This document shows, in pieces, positions 49,878 through 59,975 of a stretch of 64,000 bases of DNA; positions within the stretch are counted from its first letter, which is position 1, and every line of letters begins with the position of its first letter. Source of the stretch: Burkholderiaceae bacterium (GTDB taxonomy: Bacteria > Pseudomonadota > Gammaproteobacteria > Burkholderiales > Burkholderiaceae_F); the NCBI GenBank assembly GCA_035623355.1, contig DASPTP010000028.1, forward strand, positions 320-64,319, written 5' to 3'. The notes under the pieces were generated by a model. That model was not told where the DNA came from. It saw nothing but the letters and a program-made list of their open reading frames with translations, and ran no database searches. The translations under genes and the position numbers were made by a program.

Positions 49878-51623
49878 ATGAGTAAGCGCCGCAGCATCAA
49901 TTTGTCGGAAATCGATGACCTGAGGGGCATGCTGCATTTTTCCGCGGAGACCGGCCAGATTTGGCTGCATGAGCACCGCATGCTGCTTGTGCACGCCGAG
50001 GCACAGGCGGCGCTGCGCAAGGAGTTGATCGACACTCTGGGCATGCGCCGCGCCCAGGGGCTCTTGACCCGGATGGGGTACGCCTCCGGTGCTCGTGATG
50101 CGGAATTGGCGCGCTCGCGCGACCCTTCCGCCACCGATCTGGATTCCTTCATGACCGGCCCTCAGCTGCACACGCTCGAAGGAATCGTTCGGGTCACGCC
50201 GGTGAAAGTCGAACTCGACCGCTCGGCCGGCTCCTTTTACGGCGAGTTCATCTGGGAAAATTCCTGGGAAGGTCAGTGGCACCGTCACTTCTTCGGAATA
50301 CACAACGAGCCCGTATGCTGGACGCAGATCGGGTACGCATGCGGCTACACGTCGGCGTTCATGGGCCGGCCGATTCTCTACAAGGAGATCCAGTGCGTCG
50401 GCATGGGCAACGACAATTGCCGAATCATTGGCAAGCCGATTGGAGAGTGGGAAGACGCCGACCAGTACCGGCACATTTTCACGCCCGAATCGATTGCTGA
50501 TCAGCTGCTGGACTTGCAAACCCAGCTAGTTGAGCTGCGCTCGAACTTGGGAGTCCAGGAAGGGCTGCCGCCGCATCTGACCGGCAATTCGCCCGGCTTT
50601 CGCGCCGCCTACGAACTGCTCAAGAAAGCGGCAAGCAACCGGATCACTGTGCTGCTGCTCGGCGAGACAGGTGTCGGCAAGGAGTTGTTCGCGCGCGCGC
50701 TGCACGACTCCGGGCCACGCCGCGATCGACCCTTCGTTGCGGTCAATTGCGCGGCCATCCCGCAGGAGCTGATTGAATCGGAGTTATTCGGCGCCGAAAA
50801 GGGCGCCTATACCGGCGCACAGGCTTCGCGCCCGGGCCGCTTCGAGCGCGCGGACGGTGGAACGCTGTTTCTTGACGAGATCGGCGATTTGCCGCTATCG
50901 GCACAGTGCAAGCTACTGCGCGTGCTGCAGGAAGGCGAACTCGAGCGCTTGGGAGACCACAGGACGCGTGGAATCGATGTGCGCGTCGTCGCAGCGACCA
51001 ACGGAAATCTGCGGCAGTTGATCGCGGCGGGCAAGTTTCGCTCCGACTTGTATTATCGACTCAACGCCTACCAAATCAACATTCCCCCGCTGCGCGAACG
51101 CAAGGAGGACATCGGTCCGCTGGCCAAGAGTTTTCTGGCAAAGTATTCTGCCATTCACGCCAAAAAGTTACGCGGCTTCACGGACAAGGCCAAGCGCGCG
51201 CTGCTCACCTATCACTGGCCCGGCAATATCCGCGAACTGCAAAACATGGTCGAGCGCGGAGTGATCCTGGCGCCCAATGGCACCCGAATCGAGGTGAACC
51301 ACCTGTTCTCTTCGTGCCCTGCCGACCAGCCGGGTGAGCTTGCGCTCGACCGAAACGGGGGCATTAGCGCCAACCACTGGGAAGCGGGTGCCGATCTTTG
51401 CGAAGCGGTATTCAATGGGATTCTGACGCTCGATCAGGTTGAAGCGATGCTTCTTGAGACCGCGGTCGACAAGGCACGTGGCAATCTGTCGTCGGCCGCA
51501 CGCATGCTGGGTCTCACGCGGCCGCAACTCGCCTACCGCCTCAAGCGGCTACATGAGGCCGACGCAAACGTCGGTCAACTCGAACCCTCTGCCCCGAAAA
51601 CGCCGCAGCCGACCCATTCTTGA
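49878..51623 (+). CDS. XylR/DmpR-family phenol-responsive sigma54 activator
   Basis: XylR_N/V4R sensor (G.IWL.E.RM, GPQLH.LEG, CW...GYA.GY.S.FMG), [31 protein letters not shown]-terminal HTH. Confidence 0.93.
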   Translation: MSKRRSINLSEIDDLRGMLHFSAETGQIWLHEHRMLLVHAEAQAALRKELIDTLGMRRAQGLLTRMGYASGARDAELARSRDPSATDLDSFMTGPQLHTLEGIVRVTPVKVELDRSAGSFYGEFIWENSWEGQWHRHFFGIHNEPVCWTQIGYACGYTSAFMGRPILYKEIQCVGMGNDNCRIIGKPIGEWEDADQYRHIFTPESIADQLLDLQTQLVELRSNLGVQEGLPPHLTGNSPGFRAAYELLKKAASNRITVLLLGETGVGKELFARALHDSGPRRDRPFVAVNCAAIPQELIESELFGAEKGAYTGAQASRPGRFERADGGTLFLDEIGDLPLSAQCKLLRVLQEGELERLGDHRTRGIDVRVVAATNGNLRQLIAAGKFRSDLYYRLNAYQINIPPLRERKEDIGPLAKSFLAKYSAIHAKKLRGFTDKAKRALLTYHWPGNIRELQNMVERGVILAPNGTRIEVNHLFSSCPADQPGELALDRNGGISANHWEAGADLCEAVFNGILTLDQVEAMLLETAVDKARGNLSSAARMLGLTRPQLAYRLKRLHEADANVGQLEPSAPKTPQPTHS

Positions 51624-52093
51624 TGGCGCCTACGTTGCGGCAGACCATCGCCGAGTACCTCACCGACCATCACGTCATGACCCTGTCCACGCAGGGGACC
51701 GACGGACCGTGGGCGGCCGCGGTCTTTTACGTCAATGACGCAGAGCGCCTGTTTTTCCTATCCGCTCCGGGAAGCCGCCACTGCCGCAACCTGGCGCAAG
51801 ATCCGCGCTGCGCGGCAACGATCCATGAGAACTACGAGGACTGGCGCCAAATCAAAGGCATCCAGCTCGAGGGACATGTCAGGGAACTTCAAGGCGAGGA
51901 ACAAGATCGTGCTCGCGACCTGTATGCGCAAAGGTTTCCGGTTGTAGGCCGCCTTGCGAACGCGCCATCCGCCATTCTTGCGGCGCTGGCTCGGGTGCAT
52001 TGGTACGTGCTGGCGCCTTCGCGGCTGTATTTCATTGACAACTCCCGAGGATTCGGTCACCGCGAGCAGATCGAATTGCACGATCAGGACTAA
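51620..52093 (+). CDS. Pyridoxamine 5'-phosphate oxidase-like (split-barrel flavin-binding) protein
   Basis: MTLST....PWAA.VFY, S...SRH..N, W..IKGIQLEG, DNS.GFG.R; overlaps the regulator stop codon. Confidence 0.8.
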   Translation: MMAPTLRQTIAEYLTDHHVMTLSTQGTDGPWAAAVFYVNDAERLFFLSAPGSRHCRNLAQDPRCAATIHENYEDWRQIKGIQLEGHVRELQGEEQDRARDLYAQRFPVVGRLANAPSAILAALARVHWYVLAPSRLYFIDNSRGFGHREQIELHDQD

Positions 52094-52100
52094 GCCGCGA

Positions 52101-52562
52101 TCATCGCAGCTCGGGGAAGATCTTCTCCAACAGTCGCACCAGTTGGGCTCGCTCCTCGCTCGTGAGGTTCTTGCAAAGCCGGCTCTCGTGTTCCCGCACG
52201 AGGGTCTTGAGCTTTCTGAGCAGCTTCTCTCCCGCTGCGGTCAGGACCAAGGCGTATGCGCGCCGATCGGGTATCGCGGCGTGACGTTCCACCAAGCCGC
52301 GATGCTCGAGCTTGTCGATCACCGTGACGACCGTCGATCGGTCCAGATGGGTGGCCTTGGCCAGGGCGTTTTGCGTAAGTCCCGCGTTGGCGTCAATGAT
52401 GACCAGCACGCCGAACAACCCGGGCGTCATATCCAGGCCACCCAGTGTTGCGCTGAAATCTCGGAATATCGCAATCTGGGCCAGACGCAACTGGTATCCG
52501 ACCAGCTCCGGAAGAAGATCCAGGTCCAGTTCGGTTTTTTCGGGCTTTTTCTTGGCGCCCAC
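52101..52562 (-). CDS. MarR-family regulator
   Basis: GYQLRLAQ, LTQ..LA.....DRSTV...ID.LE.RGLV.R.....DRR....LT..G. Confidence 0.9.
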   Translation of the reverse strand: MGAKKKPEKTELDLDLLPELVGYQLRLAQIAIFRDFSATLGGLDMTPGLFGVLVIIDANAGLTQNALAKATHLDRSTVVTVIDKLEHRGLVERHAAIPDRRAYALVLTAAGEKLLRKLKTLVREHESRLCKNLTSEERAQLVRLLEKIFPELR

Positions 52563-52574
52563 GATGAGCCGCTC

Positions 52575-53333
52575 CTACGAAAGGGACCTTTGCCCCGGGA
52601 ACTGCGACGATCGATCCGTTACCTCCCCGCGCAGTCGAACCCCAATCCATCGATCCAGGTGCGAAAGATCCTGGGATTGCTCCCGACTGTCGGCAAGGTA
52701 GACGACGCGACCGCGCTCGAGGACAACGCAGCGCTGCGTCAACTCGAGCGCCTGTTCGAGGTGCTGTTCGACCAAAATAAACGACTGTCCCTCTTCTGCG
52801 ACCATCCGTCGAATCGCCGCGCACAATTCCTCGACGATTACCGGCGCGAGACCCTCGAGCGGTTCATCGAGCAACAGCAATCGCGGGTTGAGCATCAGCG
52901 CGCGGCCCATCGCGAGCATCTGCTGCTCGCCGCCGGACAGGGCATTGCCCGAATTTCGTCGGCGCTCGCGCAGCCGAGGAAACAGCTCGAAAACGCGCGC
53001 CAGATCCCACTTGCCGGGACGTGCGGCCACCAGCAGGTTTTCCTCGACCGTAAGCGACGCGAAGATCTCCCGCTCCTGCGGTACCCAACCGAGCCCAAGA
53101 GCGGCACGACCATGACGGGGAACTTTGGTCAGATCCTTGTCGAGCCACCTCAGGCCGCCCCGGTGGATCCGCGTATGTCCCATCACAGTGGTGAGCAGCG
53201 TCGTCTTGCCGACGCCGTTGCGGCCCAACAGTGCCAAACTCTCCCCTTCCCTCAAGGCCAGCGAACACTCGTCGAGCACAACCGAGTCGCCGTACCCGGC
53301 CGACACGCAATCGAGCGCGAGCAGTTCAGCCAC
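52575..53333 (-). CDS. Liv-type ABC ATPase (LivF-like)
   Basis: GRNGVGKTT, VPQEREIF, LSGGEQQML, LDEPLEGLAP; GTG start at 53333 inferred. Confidence 0.88.
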   Translation of the reverse strand: MAELLALDCVSAGYGDSVVLDECSLALREGESLALLGRNGVGKTTLLTTVMGHTRIHRGGLRWLDKDLTKVPRHGRAALGLGWVPQEREIFASLTVEENLLVAARPGKWDLARVFELFPRLRERRRNSGNALSGGEQQMLAMGRALMLNPRLLLLDEPLEGLAPVIVEELCAAIRRMVAEEGQSFILVEQHLEQALELTQRCVVLERGRVVYLADSREQSQDLSHLDRWIGVRLRGEVTDRSSQFPGQRSLS

Positions 53334-54087
53334 GGCGTTTGCCCAGGTACACTTCGCGCACTCGCGGATCCTCGGAGATTTGCGCGGGCGTTCCCGACAC
53401 GAGCTCGGAGCCGCCGACGAGTACCGTGATGCGTTCGGCAAAGCGAAACACCAGGCTCATATCGTGTTCGATCAGCAGCACGCTGATATCGGCCGGCAGC
53501 TCGTGCAGGACGCAAAACAGCTCATCGCTTTCCGCCTCGGGCACTCCGGCGGCGGGCTCGTCGAGCAGAAGCACTTTGGGTCGACTCGCCAGGGCCAGCG
53601 CCATTTCAAGCAGCCGCTGCTTGCCGTAGGCCAGTTCCCGCGTCGGTCGCATGCAGTCCTGTGTCAGGTTCAGTCGGGTAAGTAGCTCGTAAGCCTCGTC
53701 AAGTTCCGCACGCCGCCGCGTTAGAGGAAACAAGCGCCTTTCAAATACGCTCAGCTCCCCGCGCCGACGTTCGATGATCGCATTGCTCACCGCCTCGAGC
53801 GGCGAGAGGTGCGGAAACAAAGTATTGATCTGAAAGGTGCGCGCCAGACCGCGGCGCACCCGCTCGTGGGGTGCAAGCTGAGTGACATCTTCGCCGTCGA
53901 GCCAGATCGATCCGCTCGACGGTGCGAGCACTCCGGCAAGCTGATTGATCAGCGTCGTCTTGCCGGCGCCGTTGGGGCCGATGAGCGCATGGCGCGCACC
54001 CAGTTCGATCTGCAAGTTCACCTTGTGCGTCACCATCAATCCGCCAAAGGACTTGCACAAATCCTTGGTGTGTAGCACCGCGCTCAC
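53326..54087 (-). CDS. Liv-type ABC ATPase (LivG-like)
   Basis: GPNGAGKTT, RTFQI, LAYGKQRLLE, LDEPAAG, IEHDM. Confidence 0.9.
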   Translation of the reverse strand: MSAVLHTKDLCKSFGGLMVTHKVNLQIELGARHALIGPNGAGKTTLINQLAGVLAPSSGSIWLDGEDVTQLAPHERVRRGLARTFQINTLFPHLSPLEAVSNAIIERRRGELSVFERRLFPLTRRRAELDEAYELLTRLNLTQDCMRPTRELAYGKQRLLEMALALASRPKVLLLDEPAAGVPEAESDELFCVLHELPADISVLLIEHDMSLVFRFAERITVLVGGSELVSGTPAQISEDPRVREVYLGKRRG

Positions 54088-55103
54088 AGCGTTCCACCGA
54101 ATCGGCGCCGGAGCAGCCTGTCGATGCGCAACAAACCACCCATGATTCCGGCGTCGAGAAACAACGTGGTGACGATCAAGAGGATTCCAAGCCAGAACAA
54201 CCAGTATTCGGGGCTCAGATGGGCGAGGCGGTCCTGCGCGATCAAAAACAGGGCGGCGCCGATAAATCCTCCATAAAGAGTCGCCGTACCCCCGACAATC
54301 AGGATGATCAGCAAATCCGCCGATCGCTGAAAGCTCAGTACATCCAGCGCCACGAACTGCGTCGTCTGCGCAAGCAGGGCTCCGGCAACCCCGGCAATGG
54401 TGGCCGCGAACGTGTAGATGTTCGTAAGTCGGGCTCGAATCGGCACTCCGATGGCCACCGCGCGGCGCGGATTCTCTCGAATTCCTCGCAGCGAAAGACC
54501 GTACGGCGACATCATCAAGGCGCGCACCAGCACAAACAGCACGAAGCTCACGACGAGCACGTAGACATACGCCACCTTGCCCAAAAAATCGAAACGAAAC
54601 AGCCCCAGCAGCGGCCCGATTTCCACTCCCTGCAGACCGTCCACCCCGCCGGTGATCTCGCTGGCCTGGTTCGCGAGTTCAAATAGCAGCAATCCGATGC
54701 CGAGCGTAATCATCAAGCGGGCAAGATCTCCCCCGCGCAAAACCAGAAAGCTCGAAAAGTAACCAACCATTCCCGCCACCGCGCCCGCAACCAACAGGCC
54801 CACCAGCGGATCGGCCAGGCCGTATTTGGCGAGCAATCCGGCCGAATAGGCACCGAGACCGAAAAATGCCGCGTGCCCCAGCGTAACGATTCCCGCGTAT
54901 CCCAGTATCAGGTCCAGGGACAGTGCGAAAAGACCCGTGATCAGAATCTGCGAAGCAAACAAGAGCTGCTTGGGAAAGACAAAGTACACCGCGACGAGGC
55001 CCACCCAAAAGGCGATTTCCGCGACTCTCCAGCGCTCGCGCACTCGAAGCGCCTGCCACGGGAGTCCGGCAAATGCCGCAGGCGGTGGCGCGTCCTCGTT
55101 CAT
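54084..55103 (-). CDS. Liv-type ABC permease (LivM-like)
   Basis: SLDLILGYAGIVTLGHAAFFGLGAY, TGGVDG, SPYG..L.GIREN; ATG at 55103. Confidence 0.88.
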   Translation of the reverse strand: MNEDAPPPAAFAGLPWQALRVRERWRVAEIAFWVGLVAVYFVFPKQLLFASQILITGLFALSLDLILGYAGIVTLGHAAFFGLGAYSAGLLAKYGLADPLVGLLVAGAVAGMVGYFSSFLVLRGGDLARLMITLGIGLLLFELANQASEITGGVDGLQGVEIGPLLGLFRFDFLGKVAYVYVLVVSFVLFVLVRALMMSPYGLSLRGIRENPRRAVAIGVPIRARLTNIYTFAATIAGVAGALLAQTTQFVALDVLSFQRSADLLIILIVGGTATLYGGFIGAALFLIAQDRLAHLSPEYWLFWLGILLIVTTLFLDAGIMGGLLRIDRLLRRRFGGTL

Positions 55104-55969
55104 TGCGACTTTCTGCGGCCCAGCAACCCGTCCGGAAACGCCAGCAGCAAGACGATCATTGCCAGGTACAGCACGAATGGCCCGACCTGCGGAACGTAGT
55201 ATTTGCCGGCGGTGTCGGCAACGCCGAGTAACAGAGCGGCGAGCAGCGTCCCCATGACCGAGCCGGGGCCGCCTACCACGACGACCAGCAGAAAGAAGGC
55301 CAGGTACTTCAGCGGGAAATACGGGTCCAGGCCCAGCACATTGACCCCCAACGCTCCCCCCAGACTGGCCAGTCCGCTGCCGATTGCAAAAGTGATCTGA
55401 AACACGCGGTCCACATGTATTCCCATGGCCTCGGCGGTGCGGTGGGCATCGACCGACGCACGGATCCGCGCTCCAAAACGTGTGCGCTCCAAACCGAAGA
55501 CCAGCGCCAAGGTGATGAAGCCTCCCGCGGTGATGAGAAAGAGCCGATACCACGATAAATCGACGCCGCCGACGGAAACTTGCCCTCGAAGGGCCGCGGG
55601 CAAGGTCACGCGCTGCTGCCCCGGTCCCCAAAAATACGTCGCCGAGGCAACCGCCACGAAGATGATGCCGACCGTCAGCAGCACCTGCTTTAGATGGGTG
55701 CTGCGGTACAAGGGACGGTAGAGCGTGCGCTCGAGCACGAGAGAAACCACTGCGATGACGACAAACGCCAAGGGCAGGCAGGCAGCAAAGCTCCATCCGG
55801 CCCGATTCATCAGCGTGACCAAGAGGTAGCCGCCCAGCATCGCGAATACCCCGTGCGACAGGTTGATAAAACCCATCAACCCGAGCGTCACCGACAGTCC
55901 CACCGAAATCAGGAACAGCAGCGAGCCATAGGCCAGACCGTCGAATAAGACCCCAAGAAAGCTCAGCAC
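55100..55969 (-). CDS. Liv-type ABC permease (LivH-like)
   Basis: GLSVTLGLMGFINLSHG, TRFGARIRA, VVVVGGPGS; start approximate. Confidence 0.88.
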   Translation of the reverse strand: MLSFLGVLFDGLAYGSLLFLISVGLSVTLGLMGFINLSHGVFAMLGGYLLVTLMNRAGWSFAACLPLAFVVIAVVSLVLERTLYRPLYRSTHLKQVLLTVGIIFVAVASATYFWGPGQQRVTLPAALRGQVSVGGVDLSWYRLFLITAGGFITLALVFGLERTRFGARIRASVDAHRTAEAMGIHVDRVFQITFAIGSGLASLGGALGVNVLGLDPYFPLKYLAFFLLVVVVGGPGSVMGTLLAALLLGVADTAGKYYVPQVGPFVLYLAMIVLLLAFPDGLLGRRKSQ

Positions 55970-56056
55970 GGCAGGCACCCGAACCGTCGCCCGCCGGGGC
56001 GGTGCCAAGCGCCTGCCACCGCCCGCACGGCGCTCGCCGCGGTCCCCAGCGGCACG

Positions 56057-57232
56057 CTACTTTCCGGGATCCTTGACCATGGGGAAGGTCTCAAATTCGA
56101 CGTTATAGATCTTGCCGCCGACTTTCTTGGCTTCGCGTACGTACACGTTTTGCACGATGTCGCGCGTGTCGGCGTCAATCAGAATGGGACCGCGGGGACT
56201 GGTCCATTTCATGCCGCGCAGCACCTGCATCGCCTTGTCGCCATCGATATTGCCGTTCAGCTTGCGAATCACCTCGTAGATCGCTGCCATGCCGTCGTAG
56301 CCGCCGACGGCCATAAAATTGGGTCGCTGCGTCGAGTTGATTTTCGCGTACTCGGCCAAAAACGTCGCATTCTCCGGCGAGTCGTGCGCTACCGAATAGT
56401 GGTGCGTCGAAATCACTCCGAGTACATCGTCGCCCAGCGCGTTGATCACACCGTCATCGACCACGTCCCCGGTCGTGATCAGCTTGATCCCGGCATTGGC
56501 CAGGCCGCGCTCCGTATAGGCTTTCATGAATCCGACAGCCAGTTCGCCCGCGGGCACAAAAACGAACAGCGCCTGCGGCTTGGCATCCTTAATTCTTTGC
56601 ACGAACGGGCCGAACTCGGGATTGACCAGGGGGATGCGCGCCTCGCCGACAATTTCTCCGCCAAGTTTGGTAAAGGCGTTCTTGAAAGTTTTTTCTGCGT
56701 CGATCCCCGGGGGATAGTCCGCGACCGCCGTATAGACCTTTCGCAGTCCGCTCTTGTAGGCCCATTGCGCCATCGGCTCCGTTACCTGCGGCAACGTAAA
56801 CGACACACGGGCAATGTAGGGCGATTTGGTGGTAATGATCGACGTGGCCGCATTCATGATGATGGTCGGCTTCTTGGCTTCCGTCACGATCGGTGCCACG
56901 GCCAGCGCGTTGGGGGTTAACCCAAAGCCGGCGATGAAATCGACCTCATCCTGGACGATCAACTCCTGGGCAAGGCGTTTGGCAACGTCGGGGGCGGGTC
57001 CCGTCGTATCGCGAATGATGAGTTCAACTTTTTTGCCGGCAACCGTGTCGCCATTTTGTTTCATGTAGGCCTTGGCCCCGGTGGTGATCTGTTGACCAAA
57101 AGACGCGAAGGTCCCGGACATTTCCACCAAGATGCCGACTTTGATCGTATCTCCCGCCGCCGCCGCCGAACCGCAAAGCGCACTCAGCCAAACGGCAGCG
57201 ACGGCGCTAACGAAGCGCAGGAACGTCTTCAT
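56057..57232 (-). CDS. ABC substrate-binding protein (aromatic acid / hydroxybenzoate type)
   Basis: Signal peptide, IKVG....SG.FA..G, AKRLAQEL, GFGLTP, MNAATS, SPRGP. Confidence 0.88.
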   Translation of the reverse strand: MKTFLRFVSAVAAVWLSALCGSAAAAGDTIKVGILVEMSGTFASFGQQITTGAKAYMKQNGDTVAGKKVELIIRDTTGPAPDVAKRLAQELIVQDEVDFIAGFGLTPNALAVAPIVTEAKKPTIIMNAATSIITTKSPYIARVSFTLPQVTEPMAQWAYKSGLRKVYTAVADYPPGIDAEKTFKNAFTKLGGEIVGEARIPLVNPEFGPFVQRIKDAKPQALFVFVPAGELAVGFMKAYTERGLANAGIKLITTGDVVDDGVINALGDDVLGVISTHHYSVAHDSPENATFLAEYAKINSTQRPNFMAVGGYDGMAAIYEVIRKLNGNIDGDKAMQVLRGMKWTSPRGPILIDADTRDIVQNVYVREAKKVGGKIYNVEFETFPMVKDPGK

Positions 57233-57329
57233 CCTTTCTCCCCCTTGTAATTTGTTATCGATTGTTACACCGCACCGGCTCAGGCATCCCGCCCACGCGA
57301 CATGTCAACCCCGGACCGAGAGCGCGTTC

Positions 57330-58964
57330 TCAAGCGGAGATAAGCGGCGCGGCTTGCTGACGCAACGCTCCAGTTTGGGCGCATTGGGCTCGAAGTTTAA
57401 ATCTCTGGATCTTTCCGGTGGCGGTTTTTGGTAGCTCGTCGACAAAATAGATCCAGCGGGGGTATTTGTACGGCGCAATCATGGACTTGACGTGTACTTT
57501 CAGTTCTTCCTTCAGATCATCGCTCGCCGCATGGCCCGGCTTCAGAACGACCATTGCCGCGGGTTTGACAAGACCTTCGGTGTCTTCGCAGCCCACTACG
57601 GCCGCCTCCAGAACCGCGGGATGCGAAATCAGGGCCGACTCCACTTCGACCGGCGAGACATAAATGCCGCTGACCTTCAACATGTCGTCGCTGCGTCCCG
57701 CGTAGATATAGTAGCCCTCCGCATCGACGGCGAATTTGTCCCCACTGCGCACCCAAGCGCCGCAAAACGTGGCACGAGTCTTTTCTCGGTTATTCCAGTA
57801 GCCAAGCGCGCTGGAAGGGCCGCACACCTGCAGTTCGCCAATCTCGCCCGGCGCAACGGCCGTGCCCTGCTCGTCGACAATACGCAGCTTGTACCCGGGC
57901 ACTGCCTTGCCCGAGGAACCGTAGCGCACTTCGCCCGGCCGGTTGGACAGGTACATTTGCAGCATCTCCGTCGAACCCAATCCGTCCAGAATATCAACGC
58001 CGAAGTGCTCGCTCCAGCGTTGACCGACGTGCGGCGGCAGCGCTTCTCCCGCGGAAACGCAGCGGCGCAGCCGAAGCTCCTCGCGCTGCGGTAGGTCCGC
58101 GCTCGCCAGCATCGCCGCGTACAGCGTCGGTACGCCGTAAAAAATCGTCGGCCGATAACGGCGCAGAGTCGCAAAAACGTCGGCGGGCTTGGCCCAGGAG
58201 GAGACCAGGACCGCGGTTGCGCCAACGGCGAGGGGAAAGGTCAGCGAATTGCCAAGTCCGTACGCGAAAAACAGCTTGGCCACGGAATACACGACGTCGG
58301 TTTCTTCGATACCGAGCACCGGGCGCGCGTAATGCTCCGCGGTCTGGATCAGGCTCGAGTGCGCGTGCAACGTCCCTTTGGGAGCGCCCGTTGATCCCGA
58401 AGAGTAGAGCCAGAAACACACATCGTCCGACGTCGTCGGCGCCGCTTGAAATTCCGGGCTGGCGGACGCCAGCAGTTTGTCAAAGGAACCGTGCCCGTCT
58501 TGCTCGCCGCGGGACACGATGACATGCTTAAGAAAGGGCATGCGCGCCAAAAGTGGCGAGAACTTGGGCAGCAGCCCCGCCGAAACGATCAGTGCCTGCG
58601 CGCGACTATCGCGCAGCATGTGCTCGTAGTTATCCGTCGACAGCAGGGTATTGGATGCCACCGGTACGATGCCGGCCTTGATGCAGCCAAGAAAGGCGAC
58701 CGGAAAATCGATCGTGTCGTTCAGGCAAACAAGAACACGCTGCTCCATCTGCAGTCCAAGACCGGTCAGGGCGTTGGCGCAGCGGTTCACGCGACGACTC
58801 AACTCCCCGTAGGAGTAGCTGCCGGCATCGTCAAAGTACGCAATCTTTTCGGCGCGACCCGCCAGGAGGTTACGCTCGAGCAGGTCGTAGGCCGCGTTGT
58901 AGTCGCGCGGGATTCTGACATTTGGAGGGCTGACCGAATGATCGGCGGAGCTCAGTTCGGGCAT
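57330..58964 (-). CDS. Benzoate-CoA ligase family enzyme, probably 4-hydroxybenzoate-CoA ligase
   Basis: WLYSSGSTGAPKG, KLFFAYGLGN, SAGEALP, GLGSTE, GRSDDMLKVSG, PKTATGKIQR; directly downstream of hcrCAB. Confidence 0.85.
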   Translation of the reverse strand: MPELSSADHSVSPPNVRIPRDYNAAYDLLERNLLAGRAEKIAYFDDAGSYSYGELSRRVNRCANALTGLGLQMEQRVLVCLNDTIDFPVAFLGCIKAGIVPVASNTLLSTDNYEHMLRDSRAQALIVSAGLLPKFSPLLARMPFLKHVIVSRGEQDGHGSFDKLLASASPEFQAAPTTSDDVCFWLYSSGSTGAPKGTLHAHSSLIQTAEHYARPVLGIEETDVVYSVAKLFFAYGLGNSLTFPLAVGATAVLVSSWAKPADVFATLRRYRPTIFYGVPTLYAAMLASADLPQREELRLRRCVSAGEALPPHVGQRWSEHFGVDILDGLGSTEMLQMYLSNRPGEVRYGSSGKAVPGYKLRIVDEQGTAVAPGEIGELQVCGPSSALGYWNNREKTRATFCGAWVRSGDKFAVDAEGYYIYAGRSDDMLKVSGIYVSPVEVESALISHPAVLEAAVVGCEDTEGLVKPAAMVVLKPGHAASDDLKEELKVHVKSMIAPYKYPRWIYFVDELPKTATGKIQRFKLRAQCAQTGALRQQAAPLISA

Positions 58965-58988
58965 TGTCGTTACTCCTGCGAGTCGAGT

Positions 58989-59975
58989 TTAAGCAGGCTG
59001 TCCTGCCGCCGCGCCGGCAAGCTGTCGAATCAAGCGCCGTGCGAGCACGGGGACGACACGGCGCCGATAGGCGGCGCTCGTAAGCGCGGTTTCCATCGGA
59101 CCGGTCTGCTGGCGCAGGAGCTTGGCGAGCCGGGCCTCATCGTCGGGCGCCACGCGCCAGACGCCATCCAGCTCCCCGATCATCAGTGGTCGAGAATCCG
59201 TGCCGGTCGTTGCGATTCGCAGATCCGTGATTGTGTCGCCATCGACGCGCAACGCAACGGCGACCCCGGCCAAGGCAAAATCAATCGCGCCTCGAATGCG
59301 CAGTTTTTCATAGCCCGAACGCAAACCGGGCAGCGCGGGCACATGCACCGCGACCAGCAGCTCCTCGGGTGCCAGCGCAAGATGCGCCATACCGTCGTCG
59401 GAATACATCTGCGCAAGGGGCACTTGGCGACTACGCGCGGGGCCGGCAATGTGTGCCACCGCACCCAGCACCATCAAGGCCGGCGCCAGATCCCCGCTAT
59501 AGGCCGCGTAGCACCGATCGGCTTTGGGTGCGACGCGGCAGGCATCGCCCGCGATTTTCATGCAGTACTCGTTGGCGCTGCGCCACGGCTCGCTTTGGTT
59601 GTAATAGCGGCAGCGGGTGTCCAGGCACAAATTGCCTCCCACCGTGCCGGCAGACCGATGCGTCGGGCCCGCGACGGAAAGTGCGGCTTGTGCCAGAGCG
59701 GCATGATGGGTATGCACTGCGGGATGCGCGGCCAGCGCCTCCAGTGTTACTGCCGCGCCGATTCGCAATCCGCCCGCATCGGCTTCGATGCGTCGCAGTT
59801 CGGCGATCGCCGACAAGTCGATCAACGTGTCGCTTGCAACCAGGCCTCGACGCATATTGGCAAGCAGATCGGTGCCGCCCGCCAAAAAGCGCGCACTTTT
59901 CGCGCCGGCGCGGGCGGCGATCGCATCGGCAACGCAAGTCGGCCGCAGCAACTGAAATACGGGCATCGCTTCCAT
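58989..59975 (-). CDS. hcrB: 4-hydroxybenzoyl-CoA reductase beta subunit (FAD, [4Fe-4S])
   Basis: AGGTDL, TVGGNLC.DTRC.YYNQS.W....C.K..G..C......C insertion typical of HcrB. Confidence 0.9.
   Translation of the reverse strand: MEAMPVFQLLRPTCVADAIAARAGAKSARFLAGGTDLLANMRRGLVASDTLIDLSAIAELRRIEADAGGLRIGAAVTLEALAAHPAVHTHHAALAQAALSVAGPTHRSAGTVGGNLCLDTRCRYYNQSEPWRSANEYCMKIAGDACRVAPKADRCYAAYSGDLAPALMVLGAVAHIAGPARSRQVPLAQMYSDDGMAHLALAPEELLVAVHVPALPGLRSGYEKLRIRGAIDFALAGVAVALRVDGDTITDLRIATTGTDSRPLMIGELDGVWRVAPDDEARLAKLLRQQTGPMETALTSAAYRRRVVPVLARRLIRQLAGAAAGQPA

Noticed and set aside
57246-57269. TGTAA-N14-TTACA inverted repeat upstream of the SBP gene as a MarR operator
   Set aside because: The arms are only 5 bp in an AT-rich patch and no second copy was found, so it is too weak to call.
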